Numbered from the stretch's first letter, positions 41,558 to 50,870 are shown. The stretch: DNA of 64,000 nt from Bacteroidota bacterium (GCA_004295015.1 SHNE01000050.1:315-64314), one strand, 5' to 3'. The notes: a model not told the origin generated them from the sequence alone. Numbers and translations are program-made.

Positions 41558-43516
41558 ATGAAAACTTGCTTAAAGACGTTAATAGCTGCCGTTTTTATTT
41601 TATGTTTTGGAAATGTATTTTCTCAAAACATAGAAATGCGCAACTTCGATTGGCCCGGCGCTGCAGTACTTCAAATTATTAATGAAAGAGAATCAACCGA
41701 GCCGGTGGTTATACTTGAGTCACGTAAAGTATTAGAGTATACTTATAATAAGAATTCAGAATTGGAATTGTATTCGTTTTATTATCAAAAAGTAAAAATC
41801 AATGAAAGTAAATCTGTGGAAGACTATAATAAAATCTACATTCCGGTTCGGAGCCCCGATCAATTGATTGTTTTCAAGGCTCGGGCCATTGCCAGTAATG
41901 GAAAGTCGAATGAGATGTTGAGAGGAGAAATGAAGCCTGTCACCGAAGATGGTCAATTATATATGTCACTTGCAATTGATGGTGTAGACAAGGGGAGTGA
42001 GGTAGAATACTTCTACATTATTCGTCGCAGCCTGGGTTTTGAAGGAGCAGAGTATATCCAGACGAATTTGTACACCCGGGAAAATGATTTGAAAATTATC
42101 AGCCCGGAGAATCTTGTTTATGTAGCCAAAGTATATAATAACACTTCCGAAATTTCTGATACGACGATTAATAAAAAAAGAATCTTGCACATGCATTTTT
42201 CCAATGTGCCGGCTGTATTTGAAGAGCTTTATTCGAACGAACAGGCATCCAGAATCAGGGTTGAGTATAAACTCCAAAAGAATCTAAGTCAGGGGAAAGG
42301 AAATTTATTGATGTATGCCGATGGAGGAAAATATTATTATGGACAACTAAGTGCAATCGACAAAGTCGAAACCAAAGATGTGGAGAAAGCTTTCGCAAAG
42401 CTGAAAACAGATGGGATGGATGACGAAGATAAAATCCGGACTATTGAAGCTTTTTTGAAAACCAATTTTAATGTTCAGGATGATCCGGATATAAAAAGTC
42501 TGTCTGATGTTCTAAGAAAAAACATAGCAGATAATTTCTCCATTAATAAACTGGCGATTATGATGACCAAATTAGCCAAGGTGAAGTTTGAGATTGTTTT
42601 GTCGATCAGCAGGTACAAGAAATATTTTGATCCCGATTTTGAATCCTGGAACTACCTTGATCAGGTATTGATTTATTATCCGGGACTTGAAATGTATATG
42701 ATGCCAACGAGTGATGTCAATCGTCTTGGAGATCCACCGATACAGTTTATCGGTTGTCAGGGACTTTTCATCCGGGAGGTAGGTTTAGGTGATATGGTTT
42801 CTGTGGTGAGTAGCGTGAAAAAGATTGCTGATCTAAAACCGGCAACTCATTATGATAATATGGATGTTTCCATCAGGTTTTCTGCTGACATGAAAAAGGT
42901 TGAGCAGCACGTTACCCGATCAATGGCCGGGCATTCCAACATTGGTGTGCGACCATATTATTATTTCATGACACCTGAAAAAAGACTGGAGTTGGCAGAG
43001 TCTGTAATGAAAACCGGGATTGATGATGCTAAAGTCAGCAATATTAAAGTTTCAAATTTTAATTTTAATAGTAAAGAAGCCAATAAGGAATTTCAATTGA
43101 TTGCCGATGTCACATACGGATCATTGATCGAGAAGGCTGACAATACCTATCTTTTTAAAGTTGGAGCAGTAATCGGACCACAAACACAAATGTATCAGGA
43201 AAAGCCCAGGGAGAAACCAATTGAAATTGATTTCCCTCATAATCTTGATCGTGTGATTAAAATTACCATTCCTGAAGGCTATTCAGTTCAAGGCCTTGAT
43301 GCACTGGACAGAAAAATAGTTGGTGGAGATGCTGCTCAACCTTCCATGGGTTTTATCTCCACTCATAAAGTTGTTGGCAACGTATTGGAAATACGTATCA
43401 ATGAATTTTATAATCAACTCAATTATCCTTTTGAACAATATGAACTTTTCCGGAGCATAATAAATGCCTCGGCCGATTTTAATAAGGTTACGATTGTATT
43501 TGAGAAGAAGGTCTGA
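41558..43516 (+). CDS. DUF3857/DUF3858-like paralogue lacking the transglutaminase triad
   Basis: The ORF has a signal peptide and the same length and architecture as the upstream gene. By-eye alignment puts DNFSINKLAIMM at the Cys site and NYLDQVLIY at the His site. It starts 18 nt after the upstream stop. Confidence 0.65.
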   Translation: MKTCLKTLIAAVFILCFGNVFSQNIEMRNFDWPGAAVLQIINERESTEPVVILESRKVLEYTYNKNSELELYSFYYQKVKINESKSVEDYNKIYIPVRSPDQLIVFKARAIASNGKSNEMLRGEMKPVTEDGQLYMSLAIDGVDKGSEVEYFYIIRRSLGFEGAEYIQTNLYTRENDLKIISPENLVYVAKVYNNTSEISDTTINKKRILHMHFSNVPAVFEELYSNEQASRIRVEYKLQKNLSQGKGNLLMYADGGKYYYGQLSAIDKVETKDVEKAFAKLKTDGMDDEDKIRTIEAFLKTNFNVQDDPDIKSLSDVLRKNIADNFSINKLAIMMTKLAKVKFEIVLSISRYKKYFDPDFESWNYLDQVLIYYPGLEMYMMPTSDVNRLGDPPIQFIGCQGLFIREVGLGDMVSVVSSVKKIADLKPATHYDNMDVSIRFSADMKKVEQHVTRSMAGHSNIGVRPYYYFMTPEKRLELAESVMKTGIDDAKVSNIKVSNFNFNSKEANKEFQLIADVTYGSLIEKADNTYLFKVGAVIGPQTQMYQEKPREKPIEIDFPHNLDRVIKITIPEGYSVQGLDALDRKIVGGDAAQPSMGFISTHKVVGNVLEIRINEFYNQLNYPFEQYELFRSIINASADFNKVTIVFEKKV

Positions 43517-43626
43517 GAGTGCAATTGGCCTCTTTTTTGAAAATATCCGGACACCATCAATCTTGGAGTAAAGATGAATTTGCTGCTTTTTCATCATTCT
43601 TAACCTTTTTATTACCCAATCTTCAT

Positions 43627-43658
43627 ACTAAATCTCAAAGGGAAATTTGAGATTTAGT
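43627..43658 (+). other. perfect 13-bp hairpin in the leader of the SBBP/SprB-repeat gene
   Basis: The sequence is actaaatctcaaa-gggaaa-tttgagatttagt. No T-tract follows. Confidence 0.5.
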
Positions 43659-43765
43659 ACCTTTGTTAGAGACAAGAGTCTCTGAAAGCCTTTATCCAAG
43701 GGACTTTCAGGCTTAAAGGCACTTCGGCTAATTCTTAGTAAACAGTTTTTTAAAGACCTATTCTC

Positions 43766-46588
43766 ATGAAAGACAGGAGTCATTCTGCAGCAATGCGCCG
43801 TCAATTTTTTTATAAAGCCCTTTTGTTTTTTGCGGTCATGTCTTTATATTCTCAGATCTCATCCGCTCAAACATATCAATGGGCAAAAAGTATCAAGAGT
43901 GAAGGATTTGATCAGGCTTATGATATTGCTGCTGATCCCCAGGGGAATGTTTATGTTGCCGGACAAATCGAATACGTTGCAGACTTCGGTAATGGTATCT
44001 TGCTTGAGTCTGTTGGAAGCCATGATATTTTTGTAGCAAAGTATACTCCTGCCGGCAGACTTGTTTGGGCAAAGCGGGCCGGAGGAAGAGGTGGGGATAA
44101 AGTTCATTCAATTGCACTCGATGGACTTGGTAATATTTTTCTTGGAGGAGAGTTTGAAGACACCTGCTACTTCGAAGGCATCAGAAAAGTCACGCGGATT
44201 CCTGATATCAATAACATGTTTATCGCTAAATATGACACATCCGGAAATGTTCAGTGGGTGAGGAATATTGACATCAGCGACACCTTGCAAACCAGGGGCT
44301 ACTCTGTAGCCTGTGATGCGCAGGGAAATGTTTACTCTTGCGGAGGAACCAAAGGAAATACCTATTATGAGAATAATTTTTTATTCAACAGTGCAGGAGA
44401 TTATGATGCAATGGTGGTAAAGTTCAATGCAAATGGAGATTTTGTCTGGGCTAGACGCATGGGAGGTCCGGAGAGTGATAAAGCTTATGGGATACTTAGT
44501 GATAACAATGGATACATATACGTTACCGGTTATTTTGTTGGACTTGCTGAATTTGGACCCGGCGTTTCGATCAATGGAAGGGGTGGAACAGATATCTTTC
44601 TTGCAAAGTTTGATACAGCCGGAACGCTTCAGTGGGTAGAACAGGCCGGGGACACCGGATTTGACAGAGGATGGGACCTCACTCTTAATGTAAATTCTGA
44701 GATTATCGTTACAGGAGAATTTCAGGCTCATGCTGAAATGGGTTCTAACATCGTTCACTCAAGGGGAAACTATGATATGTTTCTCGCTTCCTATTCTAAT
44801 GCAGGAATTTGTCAATGGGCTCTTTCCGGAGGCGGGCCGGAAGATGATATTGGCAGAGGAGTTACCCATGATAATAATGGAAATATTTTTGTAATAGGTG
44901 ATTATGGAGGAACAGCCACATTCCCTCCAAGCACTATAAATGGGAATGGGTTTTCAGAGGTTTTTTTATCAAGCTATGACGCAAGCGGGAGTAATTTACG
45001 TTGGCTTCGTTCCCTGGGAAGTTATGAAAATGACAGAGGCAGAGGAGTAGCGGCTGATGCAGCAGGAAATGTATTTATTTGCGGAGAGTATGTCGATTCC
45101 ATGCAGTTTGCGAATATCACTTTGCATGGAGATTCTTTATTGGACATGTTTGTGACGAAAATTGTCAGCGGAAATTTCTGCTCTACACAACTTAGCCTTA
45201 CCGGCCAAATTTCATGTGCCGGTTCCTGCAATGGAACTGCGCTGGCAAGTTCGAATGGTACCGGACCTTTTACTTATTCCTGGTCGACCTCGCCGGTTCA
45301 GACAGGAGCAATGGTAACAGGACTTTGTGCGGGAACCTATACGGTAGTGAGTACTGATGCGGTTGGATGTAGTTCAAGTGCAAGTATCACCTTAACAAGT
45401 CCGCAAGCAACAATTCTGAGTCAAAGCACGCAGTCTGCATCTTGTTTTGCAGCGTGTGATGGAAGTAGTATAATTTCAGCAAGTGGAAATGGACCATTCA
45501 CTTATTCCTGGTCAACCAATCCGGTTCAGACCGGAAATTCAGCTAGTGCTTTGTGTTCCGGAAATTACATGGTAACAAGTACCGATGCGAACGGATGCAC
45601 AGCTACTATGAGCGTCGCTATAAATCAGCCTGCACAAATTCAAGTTAACCTGAGTAAAACCGACCCAAGTTGTTTTGGGGTCTGTGATGGTAGTGCTCTA
45701 GTAAGTGCCAATGGACAAGGGGCTGTTACCTATTTATGGTCTGGTGCTGCCGGACACACCGGTTCATCAATCAGCGGATTGTGTGATGGGCTTTATACAG
45801 TAACATGTACTGATGCAGCTTCATGTACTGCCACAGGCAGTATATCAATTAATAATCCAACGGCCATTCAGGTTTCTACTTTGGTGAATGATATTTCCTG
45901 CAATGGATTGTGTGATGGAACAGCATTGGTGAACGCTAACGGAAACGGACCATTTACCTATATGTGGCAACTCAATCCTCCTCAAAGTGGTTCATCAATA
46001 GGTTCGCTTTGCGCAGGAAATTATAGTGTAGTGAGTACGGATAATTCGAATTGTACAACTACCACAACAGTGACAATCCTTGAACCAAGTCCTATTCAAA
46101 TTCAATCTGTAATCAGTAATTCTACTTGTATATCTTGTGCGGATGGTGGCATTGATATTCAAGTTGCAGGAGGTACGGGCTCCGTTCAGTATGCATGGTC
46201 TGATGGATCTTCAAACGAAGATTTATTGAACGTGATGGCAGGAATGTATTCTGTATGCGTAACAGATATAAATTCCTGTATGCTTTGTGATACGTTTCAG
46301 GTTTTAGCGCCGGGAACCGGAATAGCTTCAGGACAGGAAATGGGATTAGTCACAGTTTATCCAAATCCTTTCAAATCATTCATCCGGATCCGGATCCCAC
46401 AAAACCAATCAGGGAACACACAGATTCAATTATATAATGCGGTCGGTGAAATGGTTTATGAGAATAATTTATCAGGAAATCAATTCAACATTTATCCTCC
46501 ATCACTGAGTAACGGAGTGTATTTTATACATCTGTATACCGAAAATTCTAATGAAAGAAAAATTATTCCATTACTGTACGAAAAATAG
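43766..46588 (+). CDS. SBBP beta-propeller repeat + SprB-type Cys repeat protein with T9SS C-terminal domain
   Basis: The N-terminal half has repeated D..GN.Y..G.F.....FG motifs (SBBP-like). Five Cys-rich repeats of about 76 aa follow. The C-terminus VYPNPFKSFIRIRI...GVYFIHL is T9SS-type. Confidence 0.8.
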   Translation: MKDRSHSAAMRRQFFYKALLFFAVMSLYSQISSAQTYQWAKSIKSEGFDQAYDIAADPQGNVYVAGQIEYVADFGNGILLESVGSHDIFVAKYTPAGRLVWAKRAGGRGGDKVHSIALDGLGNIFLGGEFEDTCYFEGIRKVTRIPDINNMFIAKYDTSGNVQWVRNIDISDTLQTRGYSVACDAQGNVYSCGGTKGNTYYENNFLFNSAGDYDAMVVKFNANGDFVWARRMGGPESDKAYGILSDNNGYIYVTGYFVGLAEFGPGVSINGRGGTDIFLAKFDTAGTLQWVEQAGDTGFDRGWDLTLNVNSEIIVTGEFQAHAEMGSNIVHSRGNYDMFLASYSNAGICQWALSGGGPEDDIGRGVTHDNNGNIFVIGDYGGTATFPPSTINGNGFSEVFLSSYDASGSNLRWLRSLGSYENDRGRGVAADAAGNVFICGEYVDSMQFANITLHGDSLLDMFVTKIVSGNFCSTQLSLTGQISCAGSCNGTALASSNGTGPFTYSWSTSPVQTGAMVTGLCAGTYTVVSTDAVGCSSSASITLTSPQATILSQSTQSASCFAACDGSSIISASGNGPFTYSWSTNPVQTGNSASALCSGNYMVTSTDANGCTATMSVAINQPAQIQVNLSKTDPSCFGVCDGSALVSANGQGAVTYLWSGAAGHTGSSISGLCDGLYTVTCTDAASCTATGSISINNPTAIQVSTLVNDISCNGLCDGTALVNANGNGPFTYMWQLNPPQSGSSIGSLCAGNYSVVSTDNSNCTTTTTVTILEPSPIQIQSVISNSTCISCADGGIDIQVAGGTGSVQYAWSDGSSNEDLLNVMAGMYSVCVTDINSCMLCDTFQVLAPGTGIASGQEMGLVTVYPNPFKSFIRIRIPQNQSGNTQIQLYNAVGEMVYENNLSGNQFNIYPPSLSNGVYFIHLYTENSNERKIIPLLYEK
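45178..46310 (+). repeat. five in-frame tandem coding repeats (period about 228 nt) encoding SprB-type modules
   Basis: The units start near 45210, 45440, 45668, 45898 and 46125. Each encodes C.G.C(D/N)G...G.GP.TY.W......G.....LC.G.Y.V..TD...C. Confidence 0.8.
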
Positions 46589-46613
46589 ATTAAGATATTG
46601 TAATGATGAAATT

Positions 46614-46647
46614 AAAAGAGCCGCATGAATTTTCATGCGGCTCTTTT
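46614..46647. terminator. bidirectional terminator-like hairpin between convergent T9SS cargo genes
   Basis: The sequence is aaaagagccgcatgaa-tt-ttcatgcggctctttt, a long GC-containing stem with A4/T4 flanks. Confidence 0.7.
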
Positions 46648-46670
46648 AAAGAATAATAGGCAATAAAAAT

Positions 46671-48026
46671 TTACTGTTTGATGAACTTTCGCACGCTTAC
46701 ATTTTCACCACTAATCATTTTTAACCAGTAACATCCGGCAGCAAGCTGACTAACTTCCATTTCAAAACGGCTATTGGAAGTGCTTGACTCATACACTACC
46801 TCTCCTAAAGAATTGTAGATGTAGGTTTGAAGAGATTGTACCTGTCCATTGTAAGAGATTTGTATTCTATCAGTAACGGGGTTGGGATTTGCAGAAAACA
46901 GATTTGAATTTTTAGATGTAGAAGGATTTATCCCGGTGATAATGGATTGAAAATCCAGCTTGTCGATGAGCAGTGTACTGCCATCCAATGAAGAATCAGC
47001 TACTGATGAGTAGAATTCGATTCTGATTGTGTCAGGGTTTGCGCTGGAATTTAAAGGAATAGAGAATGGTGTGTAAACAGATGCCGGATAAAAGGCCATC
47101 ACACCTCCACCAACAGGAACTCCGTTTGCAGAAGTTGAAACATACGCGGCTGCTGTATCAGCACCTGCAGTGAGATATTTATAATATCCTACTAAGGAAT
47201 CAGTCATCATTGTGAATGGAAATCCCCCTGTACCAAATTCTTGTCCTGAAGATGCGCCGGCAATTTCAACAGAATTTCCTCTCTGAATTGATTGCAAGCC
47301 TAGTGCTGCAGTACCACTGTATGCATCGAATGATTGGGTAACCCCTTCGCCGAAAGTTATCCATCCAAGAGGGTTGTCAATAGATTGATTATTCCAGTTG
47401 TCAAGACTACCATTCGGAATAACCTGGGTCACTGAAGGTCCGGTAAAGGCAAGCTCATCATACTCAATCCAGCTTCCGCTGGCTACACCTTGGTTAGTAA
47501 TCAGATTGCTTGCAGTGCAGGCAATTATTACAGAATCAGGTACGGAACTCAAGGACAAAGGAAAGTTGAAAGGGATATAATTCGGTTCGCTGCCTGTACC
47601 TTTAATCTTGAAAAGGTCGGTGCTGATGATAACACCCCCACTTTTAAATATTACCAAAATGAGAGCCGTATCATTTCCCGGAAGATCATAACGATAGTAC
47701 CCGGTTAGTTCTGTCGGTTGATCTGTATAAGGTACACCGCCTTCACCGGCAAGAATATCCATATTCGTGTTAGAAATGACGCCGGCAAGCGTATCGGTAC
47801 CTATAATATAGGTTTCAATTCTGGCTGCCAATCCTGAAAAACCCACCACCGGTGTGACGGTTGGAATACTAAAGGCAGGAACGGATTCAATGTTAGAACT
47901 GAACCAAAGCATTGGTTCATCGTAGGTAAAATTGCTCCAGTTTTCGAAGTCGGCATTTGGAATCGCTTGTGCCTGTACAGAGGTTTGTATCAGAAACAAG
48001 GAAATAATAAGTAAACAATTTTTCAT
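46671..48026 (-). CDS. T9SS C-terminal-domain secreted protein with two tandem PNxxFExW-family modules
   Basis: The ORF has a signal peptide. The first module starts AIPNADFENWS and the second VIPNGSLDNWN. The C-terminus reads NPNPVTDRIQISY...GCYWLKM. Confidence 0.7.
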   Translation of the reverse strand: MKNCLLIISLFLIQTSVQAQAIPNADFENWSNFTYDEPMLWFSSNIESVPAFSIPTVTPVVGFSGLAARIETYIIGTDTLAGVISNTNMDILAGEGGVPYTDQPTELTGYYRYDLPGNDTALILVIFKSGGVIISTDLFKIKGTGSEPNYIPFNFPLSLSSVPDSVIIACTASNLITNQGVASGSWIEYDELAFTGPSVTQVIPNGSLDNWNNQSIDNPLGWITFGEGVTQSFDAYSGTAALGLQSIQRGNSVEIAGASSGQEFGTGGFPFTMMTDSLVGYYKYLTAGADTAAAYVSTSANGVPVGGGVMAFYPASVYTPFSIPLNSSANPDTIRIEFYSSVADSSLDGSTLLIDKLDFQSIITGINPSTSKNSNLFSANPNPVTDRIQISYNGQVQSLQTYIYNSLGEVVYESSTSNSRFEMEVSQLAAGCYWLKMISGENVSVRKFIKQ

Positions 48027-48192
48027 GGTATGGATTTAAGATATGGTTTTGATTCAAGTCATAAAATTACAAAAGCGGAGGGATTTCATTTGACCGGAAG
48101 GGTTAAAGTTGATCTTTTTTTGCACAGCAATTTTTTAATAAAACCACACATAAAGGGTAAAAAACAGAAATTTATACGCGATTAAGGAAGCT

Positions 48193-49449
48193 TCATGTTT
48201 TTGATTCCTTTACTGGGAAGATTTTGTCAATCAATTCCAGAACAGCAATTAAGATGAGAATATAGGACCCAAATAAATAGATTGGAAGAGGTGCCAGATA
48301 CAAAGAGAAGGTGATCCCGGCAGCCGTGATGGCAACTAAAAGTTTGAATTTCCTGTGATGGATCATCAGGCTAAAAAGGATTAGTCCAAAAAAAGCCGAC
48401 AAGTAACTTAAGCCAAGGGAGCTGCGGAAATAACCTATTGAGAAACTTTGGAAAAAATTAATCATGGCATTTCTGCCAATCATGACAGGATCTTTTTGAG
48501 CAATTGTTTTGTATTCCGACAAACACCATTCCGATTCTGCAAAGAATACATCGGCATCATACATTCCCGGATTGCTGCTATAACTATAATCAATCCCTTT
48601 TGCCTTACGAAAGGCATTCCACGACACAGTATCACTGAAATGTTTAACATAGGAATTGGGATATGCTCCCAGAGAAGTATACATGATATGTCCGGGATCT
48701 TTATGTTTTTGTTCAGGCCGGAACAGCAAGATCAACAACAAATAAATAATGAATGGAACTAATTTTTTTAATCTTGTCAGATGACCGGAAGCAAAGAACA
48801 GGGTAATCAAACTTATGAGTAAAACCGACGATCTGACATGGAATAATAATGCAAGACCAAGGGACAATATAATCAACTGAGAGAAGCTTGCCTTTTTATT
48901 GCTGAGATAGAAAAAAAGAAAAATCGCCGAAGGAACAACTTCCCAGAAATAGTAAAATGCATATACTACATAGTAAATAATAAATGGGTTCACAGCGTAC
49001 AGGAGAAAGAAAAGAATTTTGTGTCGCTTTGAGTTAAGTAGAAATAAAATTAGCAGTGATATGACACTATGGACGGATAACTGAAGCAGTTTTAGAGCAC
49101 CAATATGTCCTGTCCAGGGGAATATTTTTCCTGCAAACCAGGAGATATACATGTAACCTGGTTGATTGATTGAATACGATCTGGTATTTATGTCTTCCGA
49201 TGAAAAACGATAGGTGTTAATTTTATTGACAGATGCTTTTTTGTCGGCTAAAGCCAGAAAAACATGTAAGCTGTCCACTTCATTGAGATTAAATTTCCAT
49301 CCTTCACCATTATGAAGCATCTGTGCTCCGGAAAAATAAGGCACGCTGAACTCAGGAATCATCATGCGGCCTGTATCGAGAAGCCTGCCAATACCAAATA
49401 CACTTATGAAAAGCAGAAAAACCAGTACTAAATTGTTTTTGTTTTTCAT
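48193..49449 (-). CDS. polytopic integral membrane protein of unknown function
   Basis: 418-aa ORF with about 10 hydrophobic segments. I saw no diagnostic motif, though the layout loosely resembles glycosyltransferase-C or O-antigen-polymerase proteins. Confidence 0.55.
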   Translation of the reverse strand: MKNKNNLVLVFLLFISVFGIGRLLDTGRMMIPEFSVPYFSGAQMLHNGEGWKFNLNEVDSLHVFLALADKKASVNKINTYRFSSEDINTRSYSINQPGYMYISWFAGKIFPWTGHIGALKLLQLSVHSVISLLILFLLNSKRHKILFFLLYAVNPFIIYYVVYAFYYFWEVVPSAIFLFFYLSNKKASFSQLIILSLGLALLFHVRSSVLLISLITLFFASGHLTRLKKLVPFIIYLLLILLFRPEQKHKDPGHIMYTSLGAYPNSYVKHFSDTVSWNAFRKAKGIDYSYSSNPGMYDADVFFAESEWCLSEYKTIAQKDPVMIGRNAMINFFQSFSIGYFRSSLGLSYLSAFFGLILFSLMIHHRKFKLLVAITAAGITFSLYLAPLPIYLFGSYILILIAVLELIDKIFPVKESKT

Positions 49450-49532
49450 CAGGTAAAATTGGTCGAAAATTTTTCGACGGGATTCGTCAGTAGAACACTT
49501 GGATCTTGAAGTAGTTAATCCGCTATTAATTA

Positions 49533-50009
49533 TCAGTAATCAATTTTGTCAGGTTTAGATACCCAATCTTTAAAAATCTGTAAAGCTTCGGAATCAGGAA
49601 TGTGTATCATTTCAATTTTTCTGGAAGAAGGAGCTACATTTATTTCATCGTAGATAAAAGCATCATCAAAGCCAGCATCAGCAGCCTGGTTGCGGGTATT
49701 TGCATAGTATACTTTTGAAGGACGAGCCCAATAGATTGCTCCAAGGCACATGGGACAAGGCTCACAGGAGGTATATATTTCACAACCGTCCAACTGAAAG
49801 GAATCCAAATTTGAGCAGGCGTCACGAATTGCGACAATTTCTGCGTGAGCCGTTGGGTCGTTGGAAGAGGTTACCTGATTAGAACCTTTCCCTACGATCT
49901 TACCGTCCTTCACTACAATGCATCCAAAAGGACCGCCTTTGTTCGACTCTGAACCTTCTCTTGAAAGTTTAATTGCTGCTTTAATAAATTCGTTTGAATT
50001 GTTTTTCAT
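49533..50009 (-). CDS. guaD: guanine deaminase (CDA-fold, GuaD type)
   Basis: 158-aa ORF. It appears near-collinear with my recollection of B. subtilis GuaD: GGPFGCIVVKDGKIVG, SNDPTAHAEIVAIRDAC, YTSCEPCPMCLGAIYWARP, GFDDAFIYDEI. Purine-catabolism genes surround it. Confidence 0.85.
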   Translation of the reverse strand: MKNNSNEFIKAAIKLSREGSESNKGGPFGCIVVKDGKIVGKGSNQVTSSNDPTAHAEIVAIRDACSNLDSFQLDGCEIYTSCEPCPMCLGAIYWARPSKVYYANTRNQAADAGFDDAFIYDEINVAPSSRKIEMIHIPDSEALQIFKDWVSKPDKIDY

Positions 50010-50100
50010 GACTTGATATAATTTAATACAAATCCTTTTTTATCTCTGGCCTGAGTTTACAAAATTAGTATAATTTTACAGGCAGAAAGACAATTTCTCC

Positions 50101-50868
50101 TTGAATAAGTTCTATCAAAAAATCATAGATGCACAAAAGTCCAACCTCAGGGTGGCTCTGTGTGTAATCGTAAATACTAAAGGTTCTACACCAAGGGAGA
50201 AAGGTGCGAAAATGCTCGTATATTCCAATGGAGAGATCTTTGGGAGCATTGGAGGAGGAGAGCTGGAAAAAGCTGTCATCGCTAATGCTATCAGAAGTCT
50301 TAAGACAGGGCAGTCGGAACTGTTCAGGCATGATTTACTTCACCAGCATAACATGTGTTGTGGCGGTAGCGTTGAAATTTTTATTGAACCTATTATGGAG
50401 AAAGACAAGCTTTATATTTTCGGTGCCGGGCATACCGGCCACGCTCTTGCAAGCCACGCCCGGCTTCTTGATTTTGAAGTAGTCATCATCGATGACCGAA
50501 AGGAATATCTTGATCAGATTGATCTTGATGGCATAAATAAATTGCATTTACATTATTCGCAAGCACTGCCTTTACTTCCAATGGACGAGCAGACTTATAT
50601 CTGTATTATGACTTATAGCCATCCTTATGACAGGGACATTTTATCATTTTGTATTAAGAAGCCGGTAGCTTACCTTGGAATGATAGGTAGCCGGAGAAAA
50701 GTGGAGATGACAAAAAAAATGTTTGTAGAAGCAGGAGTTGGCACTATTTCGGAACTGGAAAATGTAGACATGCCTATGGGTATTGATATAGCAGCAGAGA
50801 CTCCGGATGAAATAGCGATTAGTATTCTGGCAAAAATGATTTCTGTGCGACGAGTAAAAACTACTTGA
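50101..50868 (+). CDS. xdhC: XdhC-family xanthine dehydrogenase accessory (Moco insertion) protein
   Basis: The XdhC/CoxI N-terminal motif is VALCVIVNTKGSTPRE, followed by GSIGGGELE. The Rossmann-like part reads LYIFGAGHTGHALA. A TTG start is needed to retain the conserved N-terminus. Confidence 0.8.
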   Translation: MNKFYQKIIDAQKSNLRVALCVIVNTKGSTPREKGAKMLVYSNGEIFGSIGGGELEKAVIANAIRSLKTGQSELFRHDLLHQHNMCCGGSVEIFIEPIMEKDKLYIFGAGHTGHALASHARLLDFEVVIIDDRKEYLDQIDLDGINKLHLHYSQALPLLPMDEQTYICIMTYSHPYDRDILSFCIKKPVAYLGMIGSRRKVEMTKKMFVEAGVGTISELENVDMPMGIDIAAETPDEIAISILAKMISVRRVKTT

Positions 50869-50870
50869 TG

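Noticed and set aside
43283-43597. 104-aa minus-strand ORF containing IGRGIYYAPE, reminiscent of the RGxY motif of AbiEi-type antitoxin N-terminal domains
   Set aside because: The motif-bearing part lies antisense inside the 3' end of the 652-aa DUF3857/3858 gene. Only the first 27 codons are intergenic, and there is no partner toxin gene. I treat the resemblance as coincidental.
45178-46310. Regular repeats of about 228 nt considered as a possible CRISPR-like or non-coding array
   Set aside because: The repeats are in frame within a long ORF and encode Cys-patterned protein modules. There are no short identical direct repeats with unique spacers.
50010-50100. guaD-xdhC divergent intergenic region checked for a purine riboswitch
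   Set aside because: It is only 91 nt and AT-rich, with no sequence resembling the conserved purine riboswitch loops or junction.
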